Below are positions 53,953-64,000 of a stretch of 64,000 nt of DNA, piece by piece. The DNA is from Porphyridium purpureum (Eukaryota). Where the stretch lies: positions 1,674,001 to 1,738,000 of the forward strand of contig VRMN01000004.1 of assembly GCA_008690995.1 (NCBI GenBank), in the 5' to 3' direction. Position 1 is the stretch's first letter. Every line of letters starts with the position of its first letter. The notes below the pieces were generated by a model. The model ran no database searches. It saw nothing but the letters and a program-made list of their open reading frames with translations, and was not told where the DNA came from. The position numbers were made by a program, and so were the translations under genes.

Positions 53953-55431
53953 GTCGCCTAGAACGAGGTGCGCTCACGAGGATGCTGAAGCTATGAGGAA
54001 TGGTCGGCTCTTGCCACCAGGTCCCGCGCGAGCACGGCAAAGCAGCTCGTCGCGCCTCTGCGCCGCGTGCCGCACGCCACCGGCGACGACGCCCACGCTG
54101 TGCGCGCAAACTCGCGCGCGTTTCTGCTTCGCACCACGTCGCCCGCGGCGCTGCTGTTCCTTTGCTGCTGTTGCCCACGCGCGCGCGCCGCGACGACAAC
54201 GGCGCCACACCCACACGCCCACACCGCGCGGCGCACGTCGCGTCGCGTCACAACCCGGCGGCACGATCCCGCGCTGGACGAGGAGACGGGACACCACAAA
54301 CACGGCGCGGCTTCTTCTCCAGCGACCCCGTCGCGCGTCCACGGCCAAGCGGCACGCGCCCTGTTTCCCCTGCTGCGTTTCAAATGCTGCTGCGTCGTTG
54401 CGCGACCCCCCCTGCACCCCTGACACCCGTGCTTCTTCTTGCACCCTATGCAGAAACCGTTCCGCCGTTGCCGCCTTGTGCCTTGCTGCCGTATCTCCTT
54501 ACCACTACATGCAGTCAACCCAACCCAACTCAACCCAACCCAACGCACATACACGCATCACCATCCCACCCTCTCTCTCACTCACGTCCAACACACCAAC
54601 CACCAACCACCAACCGCAAAAAAAGACCGCACACGCCAACACCGCCAGCGAGAACAACAAACGAGCCGGAGGAAGAAAATGACGCGCCGCGCCGAATCAC
54701 GAACGGCTCGCTGTAGCAAAACGGCGCGGTTGCGGTAGGGTACAGCTGCGGACGGGGGGGAGGAGCGTGCAAGCGTAGACGTGCACCGGGGGTTTACAAG
54801 CGGGGAGCAACCGGGAACTGGAGCGCGCCGAGGCGAGAATCACGAGTGGGGTGGTGCGGGATGGCTGCCGCGCGCGGGGCGCGTGGCGCGGGAGAAGGAG
54901 GGCGGATGCGGTGTGGCGTGTGACTGTCTGCGCACGGTGGCGGGCAGTCGCTGACGAACAAATGGGAGAGAGAGAGAGAGCGAGAAAGACAGCGCTGCGG
55001 CGCGTAACCCCGCGCGTAACCACGCGCGTAACCGCAAGCGGCAACGGCGTGCGCGGGCGCACGCGTTTTTGGAAGGAAAATTTGAAAGTGGTGACGATTT
55101 GAAAAAAGTGCGGCGCAGCGGGCGGGCGGTACAGTGGCGCGTGGCGGGAGATTGGGCGGAACGTCGCGTGAGTTGCGCGCAGGCCGCGGAAAGTGGGCGG
55201 ACGGGAAGTGAGGAAAGGCGGCATGCGCGTCCAGGGGGGGACTGTAAACGCGCCGGGTGTGCGGAGAGCGTGGTCAGCCGGGCGTGCGCCAGGGAAGGAG
55301 AGTTGCGCGCCCAAGGAGCTTTGTTCTCATGATTATCTACAACACTTGTCGCGGCCCGCGGCGGCGTGCAGCGTAACACGTGGTGCTGGCGCCCGCGCGG
55401 GTTGTTGCCGCCGACTGGTGTGGGGCGCGCT

Positions 55432-57180
55432 CTAAAAGATGTAAAGGCTCAGCTCGTCAATCACCGTGAGCACGAGCTCCGGCGGGTGCAAGTACGTGTG
55501 CCGGCCGGCCTCGTACAGCGCAAAGAACAGCCCAATCAGCGGCGCGTAGTACGCGCCGCGCTGCAGCCCGCCCCGGAAAAAGCCCGTCCAGCCTTCGTCG
55601 CGCCAGATTCGCCGCGCGGTCGTGACCGCATTCATGTACTTCTTGTCCTCGAGGTAGCTCTGCGGGTACTGGCTGGACAGGCGCGTCACGACCACGTCTG
55701 GCGGCGTGGTGATCAACGCCGCCACGCAGCCGGCTACCGCGCCCACCATGCAGTCCTGCCACAACGACGTCGCGTCGTTCAGCTGGAGCGCAACGCCCAT
55801 CGGGTCCACATTCATCCTCTGCGTGATGAATCCTTTCAGCTGCTCGTATAGCGCGATCTGGATCGCACCGTAAGGCACGTCGCGGTAAATGATCGCCCGC
55901 CACGAGTGCCACACGGCCTCCCTATTTGTGTCCGAACTGAACATTTCCGTCAGCGCCTGCTTCAGCGAGGAGCTCAGCCCCAATTGCAGCCGCTTGTTCG
56001 CCAACTCGGCCGGCACACGCACAATGCTGCCCAAAAAGTCGCCCAGTCCGCCTGCAATCATGTACGCAAGGATTGGGTACGCCGTGAAGAAGGGAGACTG
56101 CATGCTCAGCAAGACGTCTTTGAAGTACTCGTAGCACCCAATGTAAATCGCACAGTTCGGCGCTTCTTTCAGAATATTGGACAGCAAGCCTACGTAAAGG
56201 CCGGAGAATAACGCCTTGCGGCGACGGCGCGCGAGCTCAACCTGCTCATCCACGATTTCCTGCACCGATTCGGCCACATTCGCACTGGCCGTGCCCTCGC
56301 CCGCATTCGCGCCCGGTGAAGCGCCGTGATGTCCAGCTGCGCCATGCGCCACTTGCACAGGAGCGACCGGAGGCGCGGCTTCGAGCACATGGCTTGGCTC
56401 AACCTGCAGGCGCGTCTTGATGGTGTCGACCGGATGAATGATCAGCGTGGCGATAGCCGAGGCGCCCATCGCCACAACGCCAGATGCGAGTGCGGGCAAG
56501 TGCTCCTCCTCTGCCTTGACGCCCTTCTTCTTTGTGCGCATTTTCATGGATTCCAGAGCATTCACCACCGGATTATTCGCCTCTGCCGCACGTTTCTTGC
56601 GCTTTTCGCGCAGTCGCCTGCGTCGCGAGTAGGCGTTGATTGGAGTTGGGGCAAGCGACACAGCCTGCGCCTCCCGGACCGGTTGGACGACGCTCATTCC
56701 AAGCATCGAGGCCATGACACCGGCCGCACCAATAAGAACCGAACGGCGTGACATCGTGCGCGCACTGGCCTTGCCGAGGGACGTGTCCGTGGCCAGCTCG
56801 AGGCAGTTTTGGCCGTCCGCTCCAGACGGCGCTGCCCTTTGCGGTGCATGCTGGGAACACGCGGTGTCATCGCTGCCCCCGCGCAGTCGCAGCCAGCACA
56901 GAGACAGTCGTCTGGTGTCCGCTGCCAGCGCGCCCTCTGCCGAATCACGGGCGCGCGCGAGCCGAGCACGTCTCGGCGAGCAGCTCACAAAGCTCACGAT
57001 CGCGTGCGAGCGCTTGTCCACGCGCCGCGTCCACCCCGCTGCATTCCTGCGTGCGAGCGCAGGACCCACACACCATCCCAGCGTCACGGCCGATACCGCG
57101 CGCCGCTGCTGCGCGCGCGGCATCAGCACTTCTTCACAGCGCGCCACATCACATCCTTGTTGCTCCTGGCGCGCACCCAT
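55432..57180 (-). CDS. Mitochondrial carrier family (SLC25, SAM-carrier-like) protein with long N-terminal extension
   Basis: Three carrier repeats: HPVDTIKTRLQ, VPAELANKRLQ..RDVPY, TPPDVVVTRL..EGWTGFFRG. Start uncertain. Confidence 0.88.
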   Translation of the reverse strand: MGARQEQQGCDVARCEEVLMPRAQQRRAVSAVTLGWCVGPALARRNAAGWTRRVDKRSHAIVSFVSCSPRRARLARARDSAEGALAADTRRLSLCWLRLRGGSDDTACSQHAPQRAAPSGADGQNCLELATDTSLGKASARTMSRRSVLIGAAGVMASMLGMSVVQPVREAQAVSLAPTPINAYSRRRRLREKRKKRAAEANNPVVNALESMKMRTKKKGVKAEEEHLPALASGVVAMGASAIATLIIHPVDTIKTRLQVEPSHVLEAAPPVAPVQVAHGAAGHHGASPGANAGEGTASANVAESVQEIVDEQVELARRRRKALFSGLYVGLLSNILKEAPNCAIYIGCYEYFKDVLLSMQSPFFTAYPILAYMIAGGLGDFLGSIVRVPAELANKRLQLGLSSSLKQALTEMFSSDTNREAVWHSWRAIIYRDVPYGAIQIALYEQLKGFITQRMNVDPMGVALQLNDATSLWQDCMVGAVAGCVAALITTPPDVVVTRLSSQYPQSYLEDKKYMNAVTTARRIWRDEGWTGFFRGGLQRGAYYAPLIGLFFALYEAGRHTYLHPPELVLTVIDELSLYIF

Positions 57181-57651
57181 GTCCACATCGTCCTTTCCGT
57201 CGCGCTACCCCCTCTCCCTCACGCCTCTGCGAATCAATCCCGCCCAGTATATGAGCCGCGCGTTCCACCGTTCATACCTACGGAGCGCGGTGACGCTGGA
57301 CTCTCTCTCCCTCTCTCCCCTTCTTCCTCTCCCTGCCACCGCAGCTCCAACATCGCTGATTCAGCGTTCAGCTTTTAGCCCCGGTGTGCCCCCTTCATGA
57401 TCCCCCCCCGCCACACCAGCAGCCGCAGCAGCCGCCGCACAAAACGGCGCGCGCTTGTTCCAGCGCGACTGGCGCGGAAGATGGAAAATCCGGGGGCGGG
57501 GAGGAGGGAAAGAACGGACAACGAAAAAATGAAAAAGCGCAGGAAAAACGACCGGCGTAAGTAGAAATGCGCCGTTTGAGTAGAGAGACGCGCGAAGCGT
57601 TTTTTTTTTCCTGTAGCGCGGCGCGGGCGGGTTATGAGCAGGACAAACTTC

Positions 57652-57712
57652 CAGGCAGGCAGGCAGGCAGGCAGGCAGCGCGCGTGCGGGCGGGCGGGCG
57701 TGCGTGCGTGCA
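57652..57712. repeat. Compound microsatellite (CAGG)n-(GGGC)n-(GTGC)n
   Basis: Directly visible. Confidence 0.8.
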
Positions 57713-58406
57713 AAAAGCATTTGGGCGCGAGCGGCACGCAGTTAGGGTTTGCGCGTCGTGTCGATGTACAGCGCGGCGCGCGGATATGGTACACTCCCTG
57801 CCAATGTTGCCGATGATCATGCGCATCACGAATGAGCAACGCCAAACTGATAAACTGATAAACCGTTAAGCGATAACGGGAAAGACGTGCGGGGTGAAAG
57901 TGTGATGGGTGGGTGGGTGGGTGGATGGGTTGGCTGACTTGGCTGGGAGTGTTTGGGTGGAGAGAGGCGTGAAGGCAGGGGTGGAGTGGGGATGTAGAGA
58001 TATGGCCCCGTTGCGCATGGAGCGTGGCTGGACGTGGACGGCTGCGGGCTTTGGAATGAGTGCGCGCTGCGGAAGGACAGCCGCGTGTGCCGCGGCTGTG
58101 GGTCTGTGATGGTCGCGCAGAGAGCAGATCGCGTGGCCGCGAGCGCGTGCGAACCGCGCGTCGTGCCGCAGGTCTCGGTACAGTGTGGACTGTACACTAT
58201 ACTGTGTCGGTCGATGTACAGTTGCGGTGTACTGTGTGAAAAGTGGCGATGTGCTGACAGTGGCGCGAGTCGTGATTTTCGGTGCATGCGAGCGAGAAGT
58301 CTTCAGATGAGCAGAGAGAGGGACAGAGGGAGAGAGAAGAGGAAGAAGACGTGAAGGGTTTGGGGCGGTGGGTGGTGGTGGTAGATACGCAGAGTAGGAC
58401 AGCAAT

Positions 58407-58688
58407 ATGGTGTTCAAGGTGGAGGAGGAGATCAAGCACGTGATCCATTTCATCAAGACGCTCGGCAAGCAGAACGACAAGGGGCAGTACGAGCTGACGT
58501 TCGGCGACTACTTCAAGAGCGATGACGTGCAGAACACGCTCGAGAACCCGTTCGCCACGCTCAAGGCCGCCAAGAAGCGCAAGATCATCGACTTTGAGGG
58601 CGAGATGCTCTGGCAGGGACAGAACGATAGCACCGTGCTCACCCTCCTCGACCCAGACTGGGACGGCGATAAGACACCCATCGCTTAG
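58407..58688 (+). CDS. Costars family protein (ABRACL-like)
   Basis: VEEEI..IKTLG..LTFG..TLKAAKKRKIIDFEGEMLWQG..D..LTLL. Confidence 0.92.
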   Translation: MVFKVEEEIKHVIHFIKTLGKQNDKGQYELTFGDYFKSDDVQNTLENPFATLKAAKKRKIIDFEGEMLWQGQNDSTVLTLLDPDWDGDKTPIA

Positions 58689-58970
58689 TGCAACATCGCC
58701 TGCGTAACAGCATCATCATCATCATCTTCGCCGCCGCTGTCGCCCACAGGTGGCCGCGCACACGCACATGATCGCAGTCGGCGTCTTGCCTCGACCAGTA
58801 AAATAATCTTCCTCTTAACGCGTCAAATCGATTCTTCTTTTTTCCTTTTTTTTTTCTTCGTCGCCCGTCCCGCTTTTTACTCCTTGAACCATTTTCCGGC
58901 GTCGCGGCGTGCTGGCGGTCGCTTGGTTGGCTCTGGCTGGTGTGTTACGCAGAGGCCGCGTCAGGGTTGG

Positions 58971-60194
58971 ATGGAGAACGGCCCGAGCGCCGCGCCCGGC
59001 CGACGTGAGCTGCCTGAGCATTTGGAGAGGACGCGGCGGCACATCGAAATCGGCGCGACGCGGCCGAGCAATGTGGAGGCGCGGCATGCGCACGACGCGT
59101 ACGCCGCGCTCGGCGTGACCAACGCGCTAGATCTAGCCGCGTTTGAGCGCGAGCTGCGCGTGGTGGTCCGCTCGAACACGCATGATGAGCTGGTGTTTGA
59201 GATGCAGGGCATCGACGCGCCGCTGGCAAACGCGTTTCGGCGGATCATGCTTGCCGAGACGCCGACCATGGCAGTGGAGCACGCCACGTTTGTAGATAAT
59301 ACAAGCATCATTCATGACGAGATTCTGGCGCACCGCCTGGGCCTGATCCCCATCATGGCCGACCCGCGCGAATTTGACTATCACTCGCCCGGCGAACCGT
59401 TCTCCGAGCACAACTCCATCAAGATGGTGCTGGACGTCGAGTGCAAGGTGCGCGCAGACGCAGTGCCAGACGCTCCTGCCTCGCAGCGCTTTGAGAACGC
59501 CAGCGTGTATTCGCGGCAGATTGAATGGATACCTATTGGAGCGCAGGGCGATAGGTACGCCGATAACCCCATCCGGCCCGTGCACGACGACATTCTCATC
59601 GCACAGCTCGTGCCCGGGCAGCGCATCCACGTCGAGATGGTATGTATCAAGGGCACAGGACACATGCACGCAAAGTGGTCTCCTGTAGCCACGGCGTACT
59701 ATCAGCTCATGCCCGTGGTCGAAATCCGAGCAGATTCCGGATCGCGAATCGTTGGTGCGCACGCGCAGCAGTTGCAGAAGCTCTGCCCGGGCAACGTGTT
59801 TGATATAGAGAGTGTGCCTGGCTCGGGTCTCGCTGTTGCAACAGTCGCGCGGCCGCAATCGTGCACCATGTGCCGTGAGTGCATCCGAGACAAACCATGG
59901 GCAGACCAAATCAGGCTGTCGCGTGTTCGCAACCACTTTATCTTCAGCATAGAGAGCACAGGTGCGCTGCCCGCGTACCAGATCTTCCTCCAAGCGCTCG
60001 AAATTATGGTGGCCAAATGCACGGAGGTCAAGAAGAAGCTCGAGGCCGCGAGCCGGGGCCTACCGAGTAGTAGCAGTGCTGCGGCGCGCACCGCACAAGG
60101 CGCGTCTCGAACCGGGACGGCGTCCGCGTCAATTGGCGCGCCTCTGTCCACCATCGATGAGGACGATGACTTGACTAATCCAAACCGGAGCTAA
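58971..60194 (+). CDS. POLR1C: DNA-directed RNA polymerases I and III subunit RPAC1 (RPC40)
   Basis: GIDAPLANAFRRIM, NTSIIHDEILAHRLGLIP, DILIAQLVPGQ, HAKWSPVATAYY, CTMCREC, FIFSIESTG. Confidence 0.95.
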   Translation: MENGPSAAPGRRELPEHLERTRRHIEIGATRPSNVEARHAHDAYAALGVTNALDLAAFERELRVVVRSNTHDELVFEMQGIDAPLANAFRRIMLAETPTMAVEHATFVDNTSIIHDEILAHRLGLIPIMADPREFDYHSPGEPFSEHNSIKMVLDVECKVRADAVPDAPASQRFENASVYSRQIEWIPIGAQGDRYADNPIRPVHDDILIAQLVPGQRIHVEMVCIKGTGHMHAKWSPVATAYYQLMPVVEIRADSGSRIVGAHAQQLQKLCPGNVFDIESVPGSGLAVATVARPQSCTMCRECIRDKPWADQIRLSRVRNHFIFSIESTGALPAYQIFLQALEIMVAKCTEVKKKLEAASRGLPSSSSAAARTAQGASRTGTASASIGAPLSTIDEDDDLTNPNRS

Positions 60195-60584
60195 AATCAG
60201 ACGACGTGCCTGGCGCATCAAGCCGCAGTGCTCATGCATACCCAGTCGCAGACGCCTTTAATTTTCCTCTTCGTTTCTTTTCTTACCCCGCATAGTTCCG
60301 ACCTTGTACAGAAATGAAAGCTCAACTTGCAAGCTTCTGGAGATTGCAGCAGAGCAGATGACGCCTGCGCGAAACATGGCTTGTGACATGGTGCCGTTGG
60401 CGATGCGCACGTCTTCCGCAGCGCGCAGAGTCGCGGTCGATGCGTCCACCAAGCGCACACTTTGCGTCATTAACCGTTAAGGAATTCGGACAAACCGGTT
60501 CGCCATCGGGCGAAGACCAAACGACGCGAGGTGCCTGGCGCAAGGCAGCGTGCGCACGGTGGCGGATGCGTGACTGAAAATCGC

Positions 60585-61619
60585 ATGGAACGCCGGAAGA
60601 CGTGGAGAGCGCGCGCGCAATGCGTCGCGCTTGCGCTGGCTGTGCTGGTGCTGCTGTGTGCGCGATGGAGATGTGCGTCTGCGCACGTCGTGGCGCTCGA
60701 CGCGCAGCTGCGGATGCCGGGCGAGATGCTGAGGCGCGACGCGCTGGCCGATGACGTGCAGAATGTGACGCTCTCGGCGTATGAGGACGCGCTCGCCCTT
60801 TTGTTGCGGTACGAGCGCGTGGTGATTGGCGGAATGCTGCCGCTTGCGTTTTGCATGGCGCTGTTTGGGCACGTGCTTCTCGTTCCGACGCTGTTTGTGG
60901 CCGGTTTCGCGCTTGGCGGGTATCTGAGCTACGCGCTCGCACTGCGGCTGCTCGCCGGCTCGCCAGCGGTTGCCTGGGTGAGCATAACTGCGTGCGTGCT
61001 CGGCGGACTCCTCCTCGCGCTGCTGTGCGTCGCGTTGCTCAAGGTGGGCGTGTTTAGTCTCGGCGCAGCCGCAGGCGTGTTCGTAGCATTCGCCCTGCGC
61101 TCTGTGATTGAAAGCAGGGTTGAAAACGAAGCCGACGTAGTTTTCTGGGCCGTGTGTGCGGTGCTCGCCACGCTACTGGGTCTCATTGCATTGTTGCTCG
61201 AAACTCCCATGATCATCTTTTGCACAGCGTTTGGTGGCGCGTTTGGTTTTGTGTACGGCATTGCGTTTTTCGCGCACAAGTCTGACGCTCAGTTCTGGAA
61301 CTCAGCTGCTCCGCCGCAGGCGCGGTGGGGCTGCTTTGCTGGCTTTATTGTGCTCGGACTCTTGGGCTTACTCGTTCAGTTCATCATTCTTCGGCGCAGT
61401 GACCGCTCCGACGGTGAACCGTTTCTGCCGCTCAAGCGGAGGCACTCCTCGTCCTTGTACGGCTTTCGAGGCTATCAGCCCACCCAGCCGTCAGACTTTG
61501 ACCACCAAGTTGACCATGCCATCTTGTCAGAGCGGCCAAACTCCATGAGCTCTCCGCCAACCGCGCCAATCACTATGCCGGTGGCCACTCATATCGACCA
61601 CCGCACGGACGAACCGTGA
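60585..61619 (+). CDS. TMEM198/DUF4203-like multi-pass membrane protein
   Basis: Signal peptide, then ~7 TM helices with ALFG..PTLFVAGF, IFCTAFGGA, GLLVQF. Confidence 0.75.
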   Translation: MERRKTWRARAQCVALALAVLVLLCARWRCASAHVVALDAQLRMPGEMLRRDALADDVQNVTLSAYEDALALLLRYERVVIGGMLPLAFCMALFGHVLLVPTLFVAGFALGGYLSYALALRLLAGSPAVAWVSITACVLGGLLLALLCVALLKVGVFSLGAAAGVFVAFALRSVIESRVENEADVVFWAVCAVLATLLGLIALLLETPMIIFCTAFGGAFGFVYGIAFFAHKSDAQFWNSAAPPQARWGCFAGFIVLGLLGLLVQFIILRRSDRSDGEPFLPLKRRHSSSLYGFRGYQPTQPSDFDHQVDHAILSERPNSMSSPPTAPITMPVATHIDHRTDEP

Positions 61620-61997
61620 CGCGCCGGCATTGTGTTCTGAGGACGCTGGAGCCACGCACTCGGTGTGTGCGCGTCGTAGATGCGCCGGTGCGTTTGTTTT
61701 GACGTTGGGCTCGTAGCGTGTGGGCTGTGCGCTTGCGGTCCAACTCGCTTTTTACATGAGCGGGCGGTTCGGCAGTTGACAAACCTGGCATGTGCCGTGA
61801 AAGTGGCGCCACCAAGCGCACATAACACGGAAGGAACGCGCAGCAAAAGCCGCGGGAGAGTCAAAAAAACAAAAACAAAAAAAAAAAATTCTCGGCGCTT
61901 TGGCTGTTTGGAAGAATTGGATAGAATGACAAAGTGCAAGCAGACAAGGATGTACGAGTATGACACGTGCATTCGCGCAAGACTTTGCACGGCGGCG

Positions 61998-62396
61998 ATG
62001 GCGGCCTCTCTGGTCCTAGCGCTAGTGCTCATGTTGGAGCCCGCGGCGGTGGGTGCACTGGTGCCTCTACCAGAGATCAATATTACGAATGGGGGCCCTA
62101 CGCTCGGCGACCTGGACCTGAATGGGCAGGCGCAGCTGGGGAATGTGAACGTTACGCAGGCAAACGATGTAAACGCGTCGTCTCTGCCTACTTTTGGTGA
62201 CATCAGGGAGCCGCTCGACAGTACGCCAAAACCCATCACGGGTCTCTCGGACGCGCTGAATAACGCATCGCAGCCCATTTCTGAGTCGGACGGTGTGCCA
62301 TCAGCCTTGGAGACCCCGACGCCTCTCAAAGTCGACGACCCGAAACTGCCAGAGGGCGAGTCGGTCACGCCGTTTAACACGTCGCTCTTTGTCTGA
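61998..62396 (+). CDS. Small secreted acidic Pro/Asn/Ser-rich protein
   Basis: Signal peptide MAASLVLALVLMLEPAAVGA and several N-x-S/T sequons (NIT, NVT, NAS). Start uncertain. Confidence 0.55.
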   Translation: MAASLVLALVLMLEPAAVGALVPLPEINITNGGPTLGDLDLNGQAQLGNVNVTQANDVNASSLPTFGDIREPLDSTPKPITGLSDALNNASQPISESDGVPSALETPTPLKVDDPKLPEGESVTPFNTSLFV

Positions 62397-63600
62397 TCAG
62401 GTTTTGTAGAATAAACCGGAGGCGACGTCTGTCACTTTGCGCTCATGGGCTATCGAATCCACGTCGAACCATTTGAGGACATAATATGCTGTGCTGCGCT
62501 CGACGGGGACCCGCCGAAGCTCCCGAATGGCGGTCTTCAGCTCAGTCGGACTCTGGAGCTGCCCACAGCGCGAGCCGGCGGCCGTGCTGATGCTTTCGTT
62601 CATCAGGGTGCCACCCAAGACATTTGCGCCGCATTCAAGGATTACTTCAGCATCTTTTGAACCTTCCTTGACGAACGACACTTGCAGATTAGGTATGAAT
62701 CGTCCCAGCACGAGCCGCGACACGGCATGAACCAAAATGCGTTCCAGGCGGATCGGGCCTTTACAAACAGGGACTGGTTTTGCATGGCGGCCTCTGTAGC
62801 CCAGTTGCGCCGTTGATGCATTATCGCTCACAAAACCGAGTGGCACAAACTCTGTGGATCCCTGCGTCTCGCGCCGCGTCTGCTTCAGGAGCGGCAGATG
62901 CCTCGCAACATGGCTCATTTTTTTCAGCATGTCCTTACAACATCGTTGGCGTCGTTGGAATGCCCAGGCCATGCGCAGTGCGTATCACTCCTAGCCAATT
63001 ATCTACCGGAATGTGTCCCGTGCTGATGAGATTGCGCTCTTCCGCATCGAGAATTTCCGCTGACATTCCAGGCAGCGAGCCGAGTCCTGCCCCCTTCAGG
63101 TGATTGAAGTACTCGCTTACAGAAAAGTCCATCAATTTGCTTCCATTCAATATCTCTTACGGCGAGTAGGCGTGGATATGCAGCCTTGGCTCAGCCTCGT
63201 TGACGGCAGCTACCGTGCGGAGATACTTCACTCTGTCCATAAGCAGCAGCAAACCGGCCTGCATGCACGCATCTGCTGCGGCCATAGCTTTCAGCTCGGA
63301 TGGGCGGCGAATAATTTCCTTGATGGGCAGCACGTAGCCTTCGCCAAATTGTCCATCACCACGACTATAAGCACAAATACCACAACGTTACATGCATGAG
63401 TTTGTGAATTGCATGTTGCTGTTCACCGCAAAGGAGACTGCAAGATCAAGATATGCCTTGCGCAGATCGTTGGTGGCAAGACATATTGCTTCGTACTCAT
63501 CCAAGCCGGCTTTAAGTAACCTCTCCACCACTTCCGGGTTCGAGATCATGTCACCACCAGGAACACAGTCCAGCGCGTGCTTGACGGTGAAAGAAACGCT
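62397..63600 (-). pseudogene. cofH: FO (deazaflavin) synthase CofH-type radical SAM pseudogene
   Basis: VSFAVNSNMQFTNSCM*RCGICAYS (CxxxCxxC), HIHAYSP*EI, AGLGSLPGMSAEILD, AHGLGIPTTPTML*GH, TEFVPLGFV, NLQVSFVKEG, GANVLGGTLMNESISTAAG, PVERST. TAA stops at 63388-63390, 63157-63159 and 62935-62937; frameshift near the T-run at ~62920. Confidence 0.9.
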
Positions 63601-64000
63601 TGGGAGGCAAAGCAAGGACTCGAGACCCCGTCTCGTTCCGGCCATCAAGTTCAAAAGATCCGCGCGCACGCGATTTAACGAGGTGGCTTGTTTCGTCCCC
63701 GACCCCTTCACACCTTGTATCGAGTTGCAGTTCAGTTTCGAAAACGCAAGAGAGGGCAACAACACCAGTCAGTTTGCTGTCACATAAGGCACGACACGGA
63801 GGCATTGATCTCGTCTACAAGGTTGCGGCTTGCGTACGCTCGAGGTTGGCATCAGATTTGCAGAATCAAGTCTCTCCACAGAATAGAGCGTCAGCACAGG
63901 TCTGTGATGTGTGATATTGTTTCTCATCATACAAGCCGGACACACACACACGAATAGCACCCGCGCACCATCCCCGCTTGGAAATAAAACAGAGACGAGA

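Noticed and set aside
53953..55430. Many overlapping 150-240 aa ORFs
   Set aside because: GC-rich low-complexity leader/intergenic DNA yielding Arg/Ala/Pro-rich spurious ORFs.
63157..63390. Stop-codon reassignment (TAA read as sense) to rescue cofH
   Set aside because: TAA terminates intact genes here (URM1, RRP36, KRI1). The stops fall at positions expected to hold different residues, and a frameshift is also present.

Overview
Gene-dense, GC-rich, almost intron-free eukaryotic nuclear DNA. The 'MAFV...' plastid transit peptide, nuclear-encoded SecE and a single short GT-AG intron point to a unicellular red alga (Porphyridium-like; this is inference). About 27 apparently intact protein genes are present, including RMT2, URM1, LTO1, AP-3 beta, a 3.7-kaa VPS13-like protein, CDC123, RRP36, KRI1, LCB2, RPAC1, Costars, a RAY1/GT77-like and a GT92-like glycosyltransferase, and several plastid-targeted proteins. 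No rRNA, tRNA or CRISPR was seen. Five things stand out. (i) A ~6.5 kb head-to-tail array (13.6-20.2 kb) of ~1.17 kb decayed units that resemble the SWIM-finger 3' part of a Mutator-like transposase. (ii) RRP36 and a PsbP-like gene in tandem only 2 nt apart (candidate bicistronic locus), plus divergent gene pairs 45 and 80 bp apart. (iii) A clear FO-synthase (CofH) pseudogene, plus weaker fossil genes (ABCG, MCM-BP, nitroreductase, possibly tyrosinase) in many larger intergenic gaps. (iv) A recurrent clustered AACCGTT upstream motif. (v) A solute carrier with a twin-arginine-like presequence. All family calls come from motif recognition by eye; no database search was run.
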